Assembly (NCBI GenBank): GCA_964016885.1
Contig: OZ024746.1
Location: 47,368,001-47,432,000 of the forward strand
Direction: 5' to 3'
Length of the DNA: 64,000 nt
From: Eledone cirrhosa
Taxonomy: Eukaryota
Part shown: positions 12,947-25,580 of the stretch, in pieces
Position numbering within the stretch: the stretch's first letter is position 1
Layout: each line of letters opens with the position of its first letter
Position numbers and translations under genes: made by a program
The notes under the pieces: generated by a model
Told to the model about the DNA's origin: nothing
Seen by the model: only the letters and a program-made list of their open reading frames with translations
Database searches by the model: none

Positions 12947-14650
12947 TTACCTTTCTGCTTCCTGGGGTTCGGGTCGCACGACTTCCATGGGGTTTGGGTG
13001 AAGGGGTGTCTTGTGGTGGTGTGGGGTCGTCAGTGTGTGTTGGGGTTGGGATGTTTGGAGTTGTGTTGGGGAGGGGAAGGGGAGGGGGAAAGCTTTTTAG
13101 GAGGACGCGGTTTATGGGTTTAACAGAGGGTGGTCCTACGTCCTCCTTAAAATCCTGTTTTAGTTTTGGTAGAGGTTCATTGGGATCTTTATTAATTTTA
13201 AATGTGGGTTGTTTTCTGAAGAAACAAAGTTTACACCTTCGGTTTGTACCGAAGTGTTATTGTTTATGAGTTCATTTAATTTATTATTGTTTCTGTTGAT
13301 GTAAGTATAGTGTAATGTCTTTTTTTCGGATGGTGTGAGAGTTTCGAAGAGGGGAAGGGCAGGTTTGGTTTTGTTTGTTGCTGGAGGGGTGTTTTGTGTT
13401 TTGTTGGATTGTGTTGACATTTGGGTAGGGGTTGTTTGGCCTTGTGTGTTTTGCACATGTTTTCTTTTTTTCCTTTTGATCTGTCTGAAGGACTCCGTTT
13501 CTTCCTCCGAATTCGTTGGGTTATCTTCAGTGTTGGAGGGAAGAGGTATGTTTGCTGGTAATGTTTCCGTGTTGGTTTTCTTTGTGGGGGAGATGGATGT
13601 CACTATGTTAGACTGTGTTGTGTGTTGTGGCTGCGGTGGTTGTGTTGTTTTATTGAGTGAGGGGTTGGGTGGGACTGTGTTTTGTTTTTGGGTAATGTGT
13701 TGTGTCTGTTTGTGTTGTGGTGGTGGTGTAGTTTTACTGAGGGACGGGTTGGGTGGGACTGAGTTTTGTTGTTTGTTTATCTGTTGTGGTGGTGGTGGAG
13801 CTGGTGTTGGTAGCAGGGTTTTCTTCTTGTTGAGTTGGGGACAAGCCGCCTTCAGGTGCCCTCTGCCTGCACAGATATGACAGGACGGCCTTCTCCCCTC
13901 CACGCTAATGTTTATATACCCGTGGCCCTCTAATAGGATTCTGTCGGGTATTTGGGCAATGCGTTCAGGCTTCCTTTGCACTACAAGTTCTATACCTGTT
14001 CCACTGAACGCATTGCCTGTGGTTTTCCCAATGGAAATCACGTTGTCATTCGCTGGATCGATGAAGCCAGCTATGAGCCAGCAGTAGTCCACATCTGGCA
14101 TCATCGCATCCAGCCATATGCGCTGAGTTCTTTTACCCATATAAGATGGGTAAAAGGTAAAATTTGTCGAACGAATCGGCGACAAAGCATATTTTTTTTG
14201 CCGCTGATTCGTTCTTCATAATAATCGCTAGGCTTCCATACAGCCTGTCTCTTCTTATGAAAGTGGCTTCATTAAGTACTTCTGTAAGTACTTCTTTAAT
14301 TTCTGCTTGTGTTGGTTGTTGAGGTTTTTTTTGAGATGTTGTTGATGGTGTGGAAAACGACCGTCCGACTTTCAATATCTTTGGTGAGTTCTTGGGGCAT
14401 TTTTACCGATAAGATTCCATTTTCCCCTTGAGTTATGTATTGTTTGGCGTTTTTTATTCTTTGTGCCACATCTGAAATATTTTCAGGTATATATGTTAAA
14501 GATTTCTTTGTTGTTTGTGCAAATGAAATATTATTGGTGTTGACTTTGTCGTCTGCTTTGCTTTCTGTTATGATGTTGTCTTCAAATGTTATTTTTGTGT
14601 TTGTTGTGTCTTTGTTTGTGGTATTAATATTGTCATGCAATTCTTTCAAA
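12947..14650 (-). pseudogene. Copy B ORF1 (nucleic-acid-binding, CX2CX4HX4C knuckle), frameshifted
   Basis: SFAQT, YMGKRTQ, VEGRRPSCHICAGRGHLKAAC, a Pro/Gln/Thr-rich linker, KPINRVLLK and terminal MEVVRPEPQEAER*. Confidence 0.8.
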
Positions 14651-15078
14651 TTTTTTTTTTGTTGTTGGAATCAATGTCCAGATTTGTGTTTTCGTCATTT
14701 TTCTTCGCACATTCGTCTGTTTTTATTTTATTTTTTCTTTCCTTCTCTATGACGTTAGTTGGGAAGGAAAGGGGGACTAAAGCGTGCGAGCTTACAACTC
14801 TTACCGCTGTCCCCCCACCACTATTTTCGTAGCTTCGTTTAACATTTCTGTCAGACGATTGAAATGTTATGCCACAAAATTTTTAAAAACAGGTTTTTCA
14901 CCTCTGGGAGGGGCGAAGATGAGCTGACCCACCGCCTAACAGTTCAGACGGGGGGTCAAGCTACACAATAGTATCAAAATTAAAATTGAACTTACAAAAT
15001 TTCCGCAATAAATTGGAACAAAACTTCTGCGCGAAGTGAATTACATCTACGCTGTAGAACAGACGACAGCTAGATTTG

Positions 15079-15096
15079 TAGATAGATAGATAGATA
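15079..15096. repeat. Short (GATA)n spacer between copies B and C
   Basis: TAGATAGATAGATAGATA. Confidence 0.9.
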
Positions 15097-15360
15097 TGTT
15101 TCTTTTATTTGCCACCAGGGCATCAAAAGTGGGACAAGTACAATGGGGGGAGTTTACACAAAAAGGCGTCCTCAATAAGGAGGAGGCAATAACAAAATAT
15201 GAAAATAAAATAAAATATAACAAAAAATAAAATTTATAACAAAATCCTCAATAGAGAGGAGGCACCTTGGGGGGTCGCACACACCCCCGAAAAAAGTGTG
15301 CAACCCTTCTCCTCGGGAGCACAGAGAGGGGGTGCTCCCTCGTTCCTTCCTCTTTTCCAC

Positions 15361-18300
15361 CTACTGGCTTATGTAAAGAAAAGGCCCATTCACACGGGCC
15401 ATTCTCGCCACTTTCACCCATCTTTCATAAAAACGACTGGGGTGGAGCACCTCTCTCCATCCTGATCCTTCTTCCGAAATGATATCGGAAGAAACGGACC
15501 AGTTGTTGGCCAGAGAGAAAGGTGCCTGACCTCAGTCCTTTCAGACGCGTCCACCATACAACTTCTTTCACCATGGCTATTACGCACAGAAACACCGCCT
15601 CTCCTTCATCTTTGAAGGGGGGAGGCAGCTTGATCATTACAATAGACTCGGTGGTCAACCGGATCGGTCCCACCCTTGACAGCAGTTGTTCGACATAGCC
15701 CCACAGATCGGCTACGCCCGAGCAGTGTACCAATGCGTGTGCAACGGTTTCCTCGTCGCACACGCATCTGGGACAGATCTTTTTCGAGGGGTCCCTACCC
15801 GGGCGCCCGTGTCTGTAGAGCTTTTCTCGAACGGGTAGAGCCCCTCGGCAGCACTGCCAGGCCAGGGACTTCTGGAAGTTGTTCATAGGTCCCAGGCTGA
15901 ATGTTCTACCGAACTGGCTGGCCAGTTCGTCCTCCTCCATGTCTAGGGCTTCTCCGAGGGCGTCGTCGCACCTGCTGCGTACCAGCCCTCTATAGAATGT
16001 TGCGGTGGAGTCTCCAATGATAACCGGATCCGCCTGCCAGAGGGCGGTGAGCGCCTGGACACACTCAGTGTGCCAGGCGCCCAGTTTTCTCGGTCTTTGC
16101 TTGACCCAGGATTGCAGCTCGGTGAGTGAGACGAGTCTGAGAAAGGTTCGTCTCACAAACGAGGCCCACACTGGTTGACCGGTGAGGAATAAGTGGAGGT
16201 GCCGTAGCCTTAGTGCGTGTTTACGCATCATTAGCCACGGCATCCCCAGCCCTCCTTTCGAAGGGTGTTGACAGCAGATGGATCTCCTCACCAAGGGAGC
16301 CCGCCTCTTCCAAAATAATTGGAAGAGCGCGCGCTCCATCTTGGCAAGGGTTTCCCTTGGGCAAGGCACTACGGTCAGGCGGTAGTAGATGACGGACGCT
16401 ATGTAGGTGTTCGCCACCTCCGCCCGACCTTTCAGGGATAGTTTGCAACTGGCCCACTTCTGGGTCAGTGCAAACACCCTGTTCGTAACCTCCGCCCAGT
16501 TCTTCTCCACCTGGAGGTCTGGTCCGAACCAGGCCCCGAGCAACTTCACCGGGCCCTCCGTCCAGCGTCCGACGACGCCATCGGAGGGCATCGGTCTGCC
16601 CCTCCACGTGCCGAGTTGCATACCGATCGACTTTTCCCGGTTCAGCTTAGCCCCTGTGAACCTTTCGTACTCCTCCAGTAAGGTGCCGACCGCCCCGATT
16701 TCGGAGGCCGTCGACACCATTACTGTCACGTCATCGGCGTAGGCCGACACCGCTTTCCGCAATCTCGGTTCCAAAGGGATGCCCTGCAACAACTCCAACT
16801 TCTGCAGTAGTGGCTCGAGAGTCAACACATACAGAAGGGAGGAGAGAGGGCACCCTTGTCGGGTGGACCGCGCGATTTTGAACGGCTCCGAGAGGTAGCC
16901 GTTCACCTTGACCCTAGAGCAGATGCGGCTGCTGTGCATAGCAGTGATCCAGCCCCTGCAAACGGGTCCGAAGCCTGCCGCCGCTAGCACCGCATCCAGG
17001 TAACCATGGTCGACCCTATCGAACGCCTTAGATTGATCCAAGTTGATAAGAGTCCCACCAAAGCCGGGTTCGTTCCCAACCCTCTCTATGATGTATCGCA
17101 TGAGGTGGAGGATGTCATGGATGGACCTGGACGGGATAGCACATGTCTGCGCATCTCCCACCAGGTTGCCCACGACAAGCGCCAACCTCTTTGCTAGCAC
17201 CTTGGCCAAAATCTGTAACTCTGTATTCAGCAGAGTTATGGGCCTGAAGTTACTTATTTCGTCCCCCTTGTTCTCGTCCTTCCTCACTAGCTTGACTACG
17301 CCCTTGGTCACAGTACAGGGAATTCCCCCGTTCTGTTGCCAGTTGCAGTAGACCGCCTCGAGGAGATCGGGGAACAAGTCCGGCATAGCTAGATATAATT
17401 CGTATGGAAGACCATCGAGACCCGGGGATTTGCGTTTGCCGCATTGGCTCAGCACGCCCTCTATCTCAGCGGCCGAAATCGGCTCCTCGCAGGGCTTCGC
17501 CTCCCTGTCTGAGAGACGCGGCAGGCCGTCGAGGTATGGACTGAAGTCCACATCCCCAACCGGCTCCCCGGCCCTTCCGAACAGTCGGGCAAAGTGCCTT
17601 TGAAAAGCCTCACACATCTGCTTAGGCTCAAGAATCGCCCGTCCATCCTGGTCTCGCAAAGACCGGATGGTGGATTTAGTTCCACTGTTGGCCTCTGTCA
17701 CGCGGGCCCAGCTAACAGCTTTGGTCCCCTCGTTCCCTAGAGCACGTATTTTACTTCGGACAACGCAGCCTTCGTGCTTCGCGTCGAAAAACTGGCTCAA
17801 AGCCGTTCTCGACGCTAGCACTCTGGCCACGTCGCCGCTTCTAATTGCCTCTTCTACTCTATCTATTAGCTCCCTTTCCTTCCTATTCCTATCCGCAGCT
17901 AGAACCTTACTAAATTCTATCGAAACTACTCTAATCTCTCTCTTTAGAGATACCCACCACCTGCTGTTGACGATCGCTCCAGTCAACCGTTCCTTAACTA
18001 ACGTACTAATCCGATCCCTGTAAGCTCTACTTTCCGGCAAGGACAAGTTGAGCTTCCAGTAACCGGGGCCCTGTATATGCGTTCTATCAAGGTTGACCAT
18101 GCAGGTCACCAACTTGTGGTCTGAATAGCCAACCATGAGCATTTCTGGACAACTTAAAAAGTCCCTGTCCTTATTTCTAACTAAAAACCTATCTAGGTAC
18201 GACCTAGATGATCCGCTGCGATTTGACCAAGACCAGGTTGGCACCGTCGGAAAATCTAGTCGAAATCTATCGGCCAGGTCAAATCGGCCGAGTAACCCCT

Positions 18301-18795
18301 TGAGGCTGTTGCACCCCTCTCTATCGGGACATGCCCCTGCATAGTCCCAACGTGCATCCAGGATACCATTCCAGTCCCCCACTAAAAGCAGGGAACGGGA
18401 CGTCCCTAGAAAAGACTCCAGACGCTGGAAAAAGTCGGGCCGCTCTGTCCCAAAAGGGGCATATGCGGCTACCAGCCTAAAGGCTCCACCTTCACCACTG
18501 CCAAGGTCCAGCACCACCAGTCGACCCCCTGGGTTCAAGTGAACTATCTGTGTGGCAAGACCCAGATGTTTTTGCAGCAGAACACAACCCCACCCCCACC
18601 TCCGGGCTGACAGAGAGATGCGTGCATCTCAAAGTCGTCAAAGGTGGGGGCTAGCTGTCGCATGCTGCTGATCCGGGCCTCGCAGATAACCATCACATTT
18701 ATAGATCGTGGCCTGAGGTCATTTAGAAGCATTGCTTGCTTCCAAGATGAGCCCAGGCCACGCGCATTTAGACACCCTACTCTTAGCACAGCCAT
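15361..18795 (-). CDS. Copy C ORF2 (APE-EN/RT/CCHC), nearly intact with frameshifts near both ends
   Basis: Starts MAVLRVGCLNARGL (ATG at 18795); long open frame 15425-18538 with all EN and RT motifs; inferred natural stop TAG at 15361-15363. Confidence 0.9.
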
Positions 18796-18819
18796 GTTGG
18801 TGGTAAGGAGAAAAGGCAC

Positions 18820-20420
18820 TTACCTCTCTGCGTCCCGGGAAGCGGACCGCTCAATTTCCATGCTGGTTGGGGATGGGTTGCTGGGTGGGGTGGTGGTTTG
18901 TGGAAGTGAAGGGGCATCAGTGTGTTGTGGGGTTGGGGTGTTTGTGGTTGAGTGGGTGTCTGGGTGGGGGGGTGAAATTTTTTAGGAGGACGCGGTTGAT
19001 TGGTTTGGCGCAGGGGGGGGGGGGGGGCACGTCCTCCGTGAAATTTATTTTCAGTGTTTTATAAAAGTTCATTGGGACTTTAAGCATTTTTAAATGAGGT
19101 AGTCCCACAGCAGTTATAAAGTTAGGCCCTTCAGTTTGGACCGAAGGGTTTGCTGAAATTGTTTTCAGTAGTTCTTTGTTGTCTGTGTTCATGTATGTAT
19201 ATTGTAAAGTCTTTTTTTTGTGTAGCAGTTAGTGTTGTGTGACGGGGAGGGGTGGTTTGTATATAGTTTGTGTTCTCTTGGGGAGGGTTAAAGTTAACAA
19301 GTGTGTCTGTGGTGCGCCTCCTCTTCTTTCTTTTTACTGTTTGGAAGGGATCTTTTTCGTCTTGCGACGAAAGGGGTTCGTCTTCCTTGTTGGATGGGAG
19401 GGGTATGTTTTCTGGTAGCGTTTGCGGTGTGTGTGTTTTTGTATTTGTTTTAGGTGGGGAGGGGTTGGGTGGGACAGTATTCTGTGTTGTTTTTTCACGT
19501 GTTTGTTGTTGTTGTGGTGGTGGTGGTGGTGGTGGTGGTGATGGTTTTTGGTGTTGTTGCTGTTGTGGTTGTTTTTGTTGTTGTTGTTGGGGTGGTGTTG
19601 GTGTTGGTAGCAGTGTTTTTTTCTGTGTGAGCTGGGGACAGGCAGCCCTCAGGTGACCTCTATTGCCACAGAGGTAACAGGAGGGACGCCTACCCTCCAC
19701 AATAATGTTGAGGTGGGTACGGTCATCCAGCATGACGCGCTAAGGGATTTGGGCGATACGTTCTGGCCTTATTTGTGTCAGAACTTCGATACTCGTTCCA
19801 CTGAACGCGTCGCCAGATGCCTTCCCTATTGAAATGAGGTTGTCCTCGTCTAAATTGAGGAAACCGATTAGTAACCACCAGTAGTTTATGTTTGGGGTGA
19901 TGGTGGTTATCCATATTCTCTGGGTTTTTTTACCAATTCGTCATTCATCAATATGGATAAACTCCCATAGAGTTTATCCTTTTGTATGAAAGTGATGTCT
20001 TTCATCGCTTCTTTCAGTACTAACTGATTTCAGCTTGAGATGGTTGTGCTGGTTTTTTTGTTTTATTTAAAATTGTACGGAATACGACAGTTCGTAATTC
20101 CGTCTGTTTTTTTAGTTCTGGGGTGAATTTATAGAAAACGAACCGTTTTCGCCAAAAGATACATATTTTTTGGCTTTTACCAGCATTTCTTTGGCTTTCG
20201 AAATATCTTCAAGCACATAAGTGACTGATAATTTAGCCGTTTGTGCAAAAGATATTTTGTTTTCGTTGTTGGTGTTTGTATTGTTTTGCTTCTCGTCGTT
20301 TGAGTTGTTTTCATCTTTGTTGTTGTTGTCTTTCTCGTTTGGTGTGTGGATACTTGTGACATTTGTGTTGTTGTTTTTGTTGCTGTTGTTGTCGTTGTTG
20401 TTGTTGTTTTCAGTTTCTTG
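18820..20420 (-). pseudogene. Copy C ORF1, frameshifted and 5'-truncated
   Basis: KISFAQT, VEGRRPSCYLCGNRGHLRAAC, KPINRVLLK, terminal MEIERSASRDAER*. Confidence 0.8.
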
Positions 20421-20421
20421 T

Positions 20422-20422
<1 letters not shown>

Positions 20423-20472
<50 letters not shown>
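20423..20472. repeat. (GATA)n spacer between copies C and D
   Basis: Directly visible. Confidence 0.95.
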
Positions 20473-20708
20473 TGTTTCTTTATTAGCCACAAGGGCACAA
20501 AGGAAGGGGACAAATACAAAGAAGGAAGTTTACATACAATAAAAACGTGTAAAATATCACAAATGCAATTTAAAAATTAGTCGATTTTCCCCAATAGGGG
20601 GAGACATTACATATGGGTAACACATACCCCGGAAAAGAAATGTGCAACCCTCATCTCCAGCAGTACGAAGAGTTTGTACTCTTTCCTCTCCTCCTCTTTT
20701 TCCTCAAC

Positions 20709-23700
20709 CTACAGGCTGATATAGAGAGAAGGCCCATTCACTCGGGCCATTCTCGCCACTTTCACCCACCTTTCATAAAACTTGCTGGGATAGAGCACCT
20801 CTCTCTCCATCCTGATTCTTCTTCCAAGGTGGTATTTGAAAAAAAGAATCAGTTGTTGGCCGGAGAGAAAGGTGTCTGACCTCAGCCCTTTCAACCTTGT
20901 CCACCATACAACCTCTTTCGCCATAGCTATCACACAAAGGAAAACCGCCTCTCCTTCGTTTTTGAAGGAGGGTGGCGGTTTGATCATGACAGTGGACTCG
21001 GTGGTCAACCGGATTGGTCCCACCCGCGACAATAGTCGTTCTACATAGCCCCACAGGTCGGTGACGCCCGGGCAGTGTATGAATGCGTGTGCGACGGTTT
21101 CTTCGTCTCGGACGCACCTCGGACAGATCTTTTTTGCAGGGTCCCTGCCCGGGCGCCTATGTCTGTAGAGCTTGTCTCGAACTGGTAGAGCTCCTCGGTA
21201 GCACTGCCAGGCCAGGGACTTTGGAAGTTGTCCATCGGTCCCGGACGGAAGGTCCTATCGAACAGACTGGCCAGTTCGACTTCCTCTACGCCTAGAGTTT
21301 CACCGAGCACGTCGTCGCACTTGGCTGGACAAGGCACAACGGTCAAGCGGTAGTACATGGCGGACGCGATAAAAGTGTTCGCCACCTCCGCTCGACCTTT
21401 CAAGGATAGTTTGCACTCGGCCCACTCTGGGTGAGTGCAAACACCTTGGCCGACACCTCGTTCCAGTTCTTCTCCACCTGGAGGTCCGGACCAAACCAGA
21501 CCCCGAGCAGCTTTACTGGTCCTTCCGTCCAGCGTCCGACGACGCCATCGGAAGGCATCGGTTTGCCTCTCCACGATTCGAGTTGCAAACCGATGGACTT
21601 GTCCCGGTTCAGCTTCGCTCCTGTGAACCTTTTGTATTCCTTCAGTAAGGTGCCGACTTCCTCGATTTGCGAGGCGCTCGACACCATTACTGTCACGTCG
21701 TCGGCGTAGGCCGACGCCGCTTTCCGCACTCCCGGTTCCAGAGGGATGCCCTGCAATAGCTCCAACTTCCGCAGTAGTGGCTCCAGAGTCAATACGTACA
21801 GAAGGGAGGAGAGAGGGCATCCCTGTCGAATGGATCGCGTGATATGGAACGGCTCCGAGAGGTAGCCGTTCACCTTGACCCTTGAGCAGATCTTGATGTT
21901 ATGCATTGCAGCAATCCAGCCCCTGAACACGGGTCTGAAGCTTGCGGTCTCGAGCACCGCATCCAGGTAACGATGATCAACCCTATCGAAAGCCTTAAAC
22001 TGATCCAAGTTGATCAGGGCCCCACCGAAGCCGGGTTTACACCCTACCCTCTCTATGATGTATCGCATGAGGTGGAGGTTGTCGTGTATGGACCTGGTCG
22101 GGATTGCGCATGTCTGCGCTTCTCCCACCAGGTTCTCGACGACAAGCGCCAGCCTCTTTGCCAACACCTTGGCCAAAATCTGTAACTCTGTGTTTAGCAG
22201 TTTTATGGGCCGGAAGTTGCCTATGTCATCCCCCTTATTCTCGTCCTTCCTGACTAATGTGACTACGCCCCCGGTCACAGAACTGGGAATTCTCCCGTTC
22301 TGTTGCCAGTTGCAGTAGACCGCTTCCAGGAGACCGGAGAATAAGTCCGGCATTGCTACGTAAAATTCGTAGAGTAGACCGTCGAGACCTGGAGATTTGC
22401 GTTTGCCGTAGTGGCTCAGCGCGTCCCCTATTTCAGCGGCTGAAATCGGCTTTTCGCAGAACTTTGCCTCGCTGTCCGAGAGTCACGGTAGGCCGTCGAG
22501 GTATGGACCGAAATCCATAGCCCCTCCCGGCGCGCCGCCCTGCCCGAACAGCTGAGCTAAGTGCCGCTGAAAGGCCGCACACATTTGCATCGGCTCACGT
22601 ATCACGCGTCCGTTTGGTCCTTCAAAGACCGAATCGTGGACTTGTTGCCACTTTTTGCCTCCGTCACTCGGGCCCAGCTAACAGCTTTGGCTCCCTCGTT
22701 TCCCAGAGCACGTATTTTGCTTCTGACAGTGCAGCCCTCATGCTTTGCGTCGAAGAACTGGTCCAAGGCCGTTCTCGTTGCTAGCACGCTGGCTACGTTG
22801 CCACTTCTAATTGCCTCTTCTACTTTATCTACCATTCTTTCTCGGTTCTATTTCTATCTAACGCTAATTCTTTACTAAAAACTAACGAGTCTAATCTAAC
22901 TGCCCTCTTGAGAGAGTTCCACCATGTGTTGTTGACAATGGCCCTTGTCAGGTGCTGTTTAACTAAAGTGCTAATCCGTCTACTGTAGGCTTTGCATGTT
23001 GGTAACGACAAGTTCAGCTTCCAGTAGCTGGGTCCTTGTCTATGGGTTCTATCAAGGTTGACCATGCAGATCACTAGTTTGTGATCTGAATAGGCAACCA
23101 TGAACATTTGTGGACAGCATAACATGTCCCTATCCTTATTTATAACTAGAACCCTATCTAGATACGATCTAGATGTTCCGTTGCGATTAGTCCACGTCCA
23201 CATGGCACAGCCGGAAAATCTAGTCGATATCTATCGACCAGGTCAAATCGGCCGATTAACTGTTTGAGGATGTTACACCCCTCTTTATCGGGACATGCTC
23301 CCACATAGTCCCAACGTGCATCTAGGATTCCATTCCAGTCCCCCACTAAAAGCAAGGAGCGGGACGTTCCCAGAAAAGTCTCTAGACGTTTGAAGAAGTC
23401 TGGCCGCGGTGTCCCGGATGGGGCATATGCGGCCACCAGTCTGAAGGCTCCACCTTCGCTACCGTCAACGTCTAGGACCACCAGTCGACCCTCCGAGTCC
23501 AGATGTACCGTCTGTGTTACGAGGCCCAGGTGTTTCCGCAGCAAAACGTCAACCCAGCCACCACCCCCCGGCTGACAGAGAGATGCGTAGATCTCAAAGT
23601 CATCGAAGATGGGGGCCAGCTGTCGCTCGCTGTGGATCCTGGACTCGCAAATGGCTACTACATCCATACTGTGCGACCTTAGGTCGTTTAAGAGTTTCCC

Positions 23701-23736
23701 TGTTTCCAGAGCATCCCCAACTCTTATATTGGCCAT
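20709..23736 (-). pseudogene. Copy D ORF2 (APE-EN/RT/CCHC), disrupted
   Basis: VGDWNG, YSDH, WKLN, QGCPLS, YADD and terminal RVNGPSLYISL*. Confidence 0.88.
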
Positions 23737-23773
23737 GTTGGTTCTGAAAAGTCAAAAGAGGAGAAGAAAACAC

Positions 23774-25580
23774 TCACCTCTTCGTCTCCCGGGGATCAGG
23801 CCGCACGGTTTCCATGGGGGTGTTAGAGGGGTTGTCTGGGTGGGTGGTGGTTTCCTGCGGGTGGGGACGGAGATGTTTGGTGGGGTGGGGTGTCTGGGGT
23901 GGGTGTGTCTGGGGTGAGGGTGGGGAAACGTTTTAAAAGGACGCGGTTAATGGGTTTAACACAAGGATTACCCACGTCCTTAGGAAAGTTTTCCTTTAAA
24001 GACTTATAGGTGTCCGTAGGGACCCTAATCATCTTTAAATTAGGTTTGTCTACACAGTTCGAAAAAGTTTTCCCTTCGGTTTTCACCGAAGGGTCGTTGG
24101 AGATGACCTCCATTAAAGTTTTGTTTTTACTGTTTATGTATGTGTAATGTTCTTGTTGTGTTGCGGTGGTTTTTGTCTGTTGTTCTTGTGGGAGCTATCG
24201 TTTTGTTGTAGGTGTTTGTGTTTGGAGTGATGACGTGGTTTTGACGCGGGGTTTTTGTTTGTAATGTTTGTGTTGTTTGTGTTGGTGGTTGTATGTTTGT
24301 AGTGATGTTTGTTGTTTTTTTGTTCTTGTGGTGTCTTTTCTTCTTTCTTTTCGAACGGAGAGGCTCTTCCTCATCATCACTTGGTGATGATGTGGGGGCC
24401 TCGTCCGTTGTGGTGTCTGTGTTATTTGGAAGGGGTATGTTTTGGGGAGCTGTTGTGTTTGTGGGTGTTTTTGCAATGGTTTTAGGTGGAGTGGGGTTGG
24501 GTGGGACTGTGCTTGCAGGTTGGTTTGTTGTTCTTGTTTTGGTTGTGTTTGCGTGTTGTTGTTGTTGTTGTGGTGGTGGTGGTGGTGGTGGTGGTGGTGG
24601 TGGTGGTTGTGTTGTTGTTTTGGGTGTTGGCAGTAGTGCCTCTTTTTTTTTAGTTAACTGAGGACAGTAAGCCTTCAGGTGACGACTGCTTAAACATGGT
24701 AACATGAAGGCCGCCTACCCTCAACAGAAATGTTTATGTGTGAAATTCCATCCAGAGGCACACGTTGGAGTATTTTAGCTATCCGTTCTGGCCTCATTTG
24801 GACCAGAACTTCCATGCTTGTACCATTGAATGTGCCTCTGGAGGACTTTCCCACTGAAATGATGGTGTCTTCGCCGAAATCGATGAAGCCAGTTAGAATC
24901 CACCAGACGTTTACATTTGGTGCAATGTTCAAAATTTTTATTTTTTGTGTTCTTTTTCCCATATATGTGGGAAAAAAGGTGTAAAGGGGGGACATAATCG
25001 GCGATACAGAATATTTTTGTGCTGTCAATTTGTCTTTCAACAACACCGAAATGTTTCCAAAAAGTTTCCCTTTTGGGATGAAGGCAATATCCTTCATGGA
25101 ATTCTTCAGAACCAGTTCAATATCGTTTTGGGATAATTGAACTGGTTTTTTCGACACATTTGAAACCGTCCTAAATATTACTGTTTTTAGAACAGTTTCT
25201 CTGCGTAACTGTTGAGGAGAAGTGATGCTGAAAGCACCACTCTCACCAAAAGTTACGTACTGTTTTGCATCGCTTAACATTTCCCTAGCATTGGAAATGT
25301 CAAGGTATGTGAACAGTTCCGTCTTTTGGACGGTTTGAGCAAAAGAAATCTTTTCCTTGTTCGTGGAGTTGTTCGTGTTGCTGTTGTTGATGGTGGTGTT
25401 GTTGTTATCATTGTTGTTGTTGTTGGTGGTGGTGTTGTTGTTATCATTGTTGCTGTTGTTGTTCTTGTTGTCATTATTGTTGTTGTTTTTGTTGTTGTTG
25501 TTGTTCTGGTTGGTGTTGTTTATATTTTGCATGTTATTGGTGTTTGTGTTGGTGTTGATGTTACAATCAACGTCCGACAT
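23774..25580 (-). pseudogene. Copy D ORF1, frameshifted
   Basis: Asn-rich N-terminus, KISFAQT, YMGKRTQ, VEGRRPSCY...HLKAYC, terminal METVRPDPRETKR*. Confidence 0.8.

Larger units (their letters stand above)
9319..15078 (-). mobile_element. Tx1-like non-LTR retrotransposon, copy B, near full length
   Basis: 5' UTR, ORF1 (CCHC knuckle), ORF2 (APE endonuclease, RT, CCHC) and 3' UTR; bounded by (GATA)n on both sides. Confidence 0.92.
15097..20422 (-). mobile_element. Tx1-like non-LTR retrotransposon, copy C, 5'-truncated in ORF1
   Basis: ORF1 fragments, a 1037-aa open ORF2 segment and a 3' UTR; (GATA)n on both sides. Confidence 0.93.

Noticed and set aside
20112-20519. ORF beginning MYLSPSF…IYLSIYLS fused to ORF1
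   Set aside because: Chance read-through from the copy D 3' UTR and (TATC)n into the truncated ORF1 of copy C.
12980-23900. Same +1 frame offset before the ORF1-terminal ME…R* peptide in B, C and D (programmed frameshift?)
   Set aside because: The shifts appear to fall at different positions in C-homopolymer runs, so indels or sequencing errors are more likely; it cannot be fully excluded.
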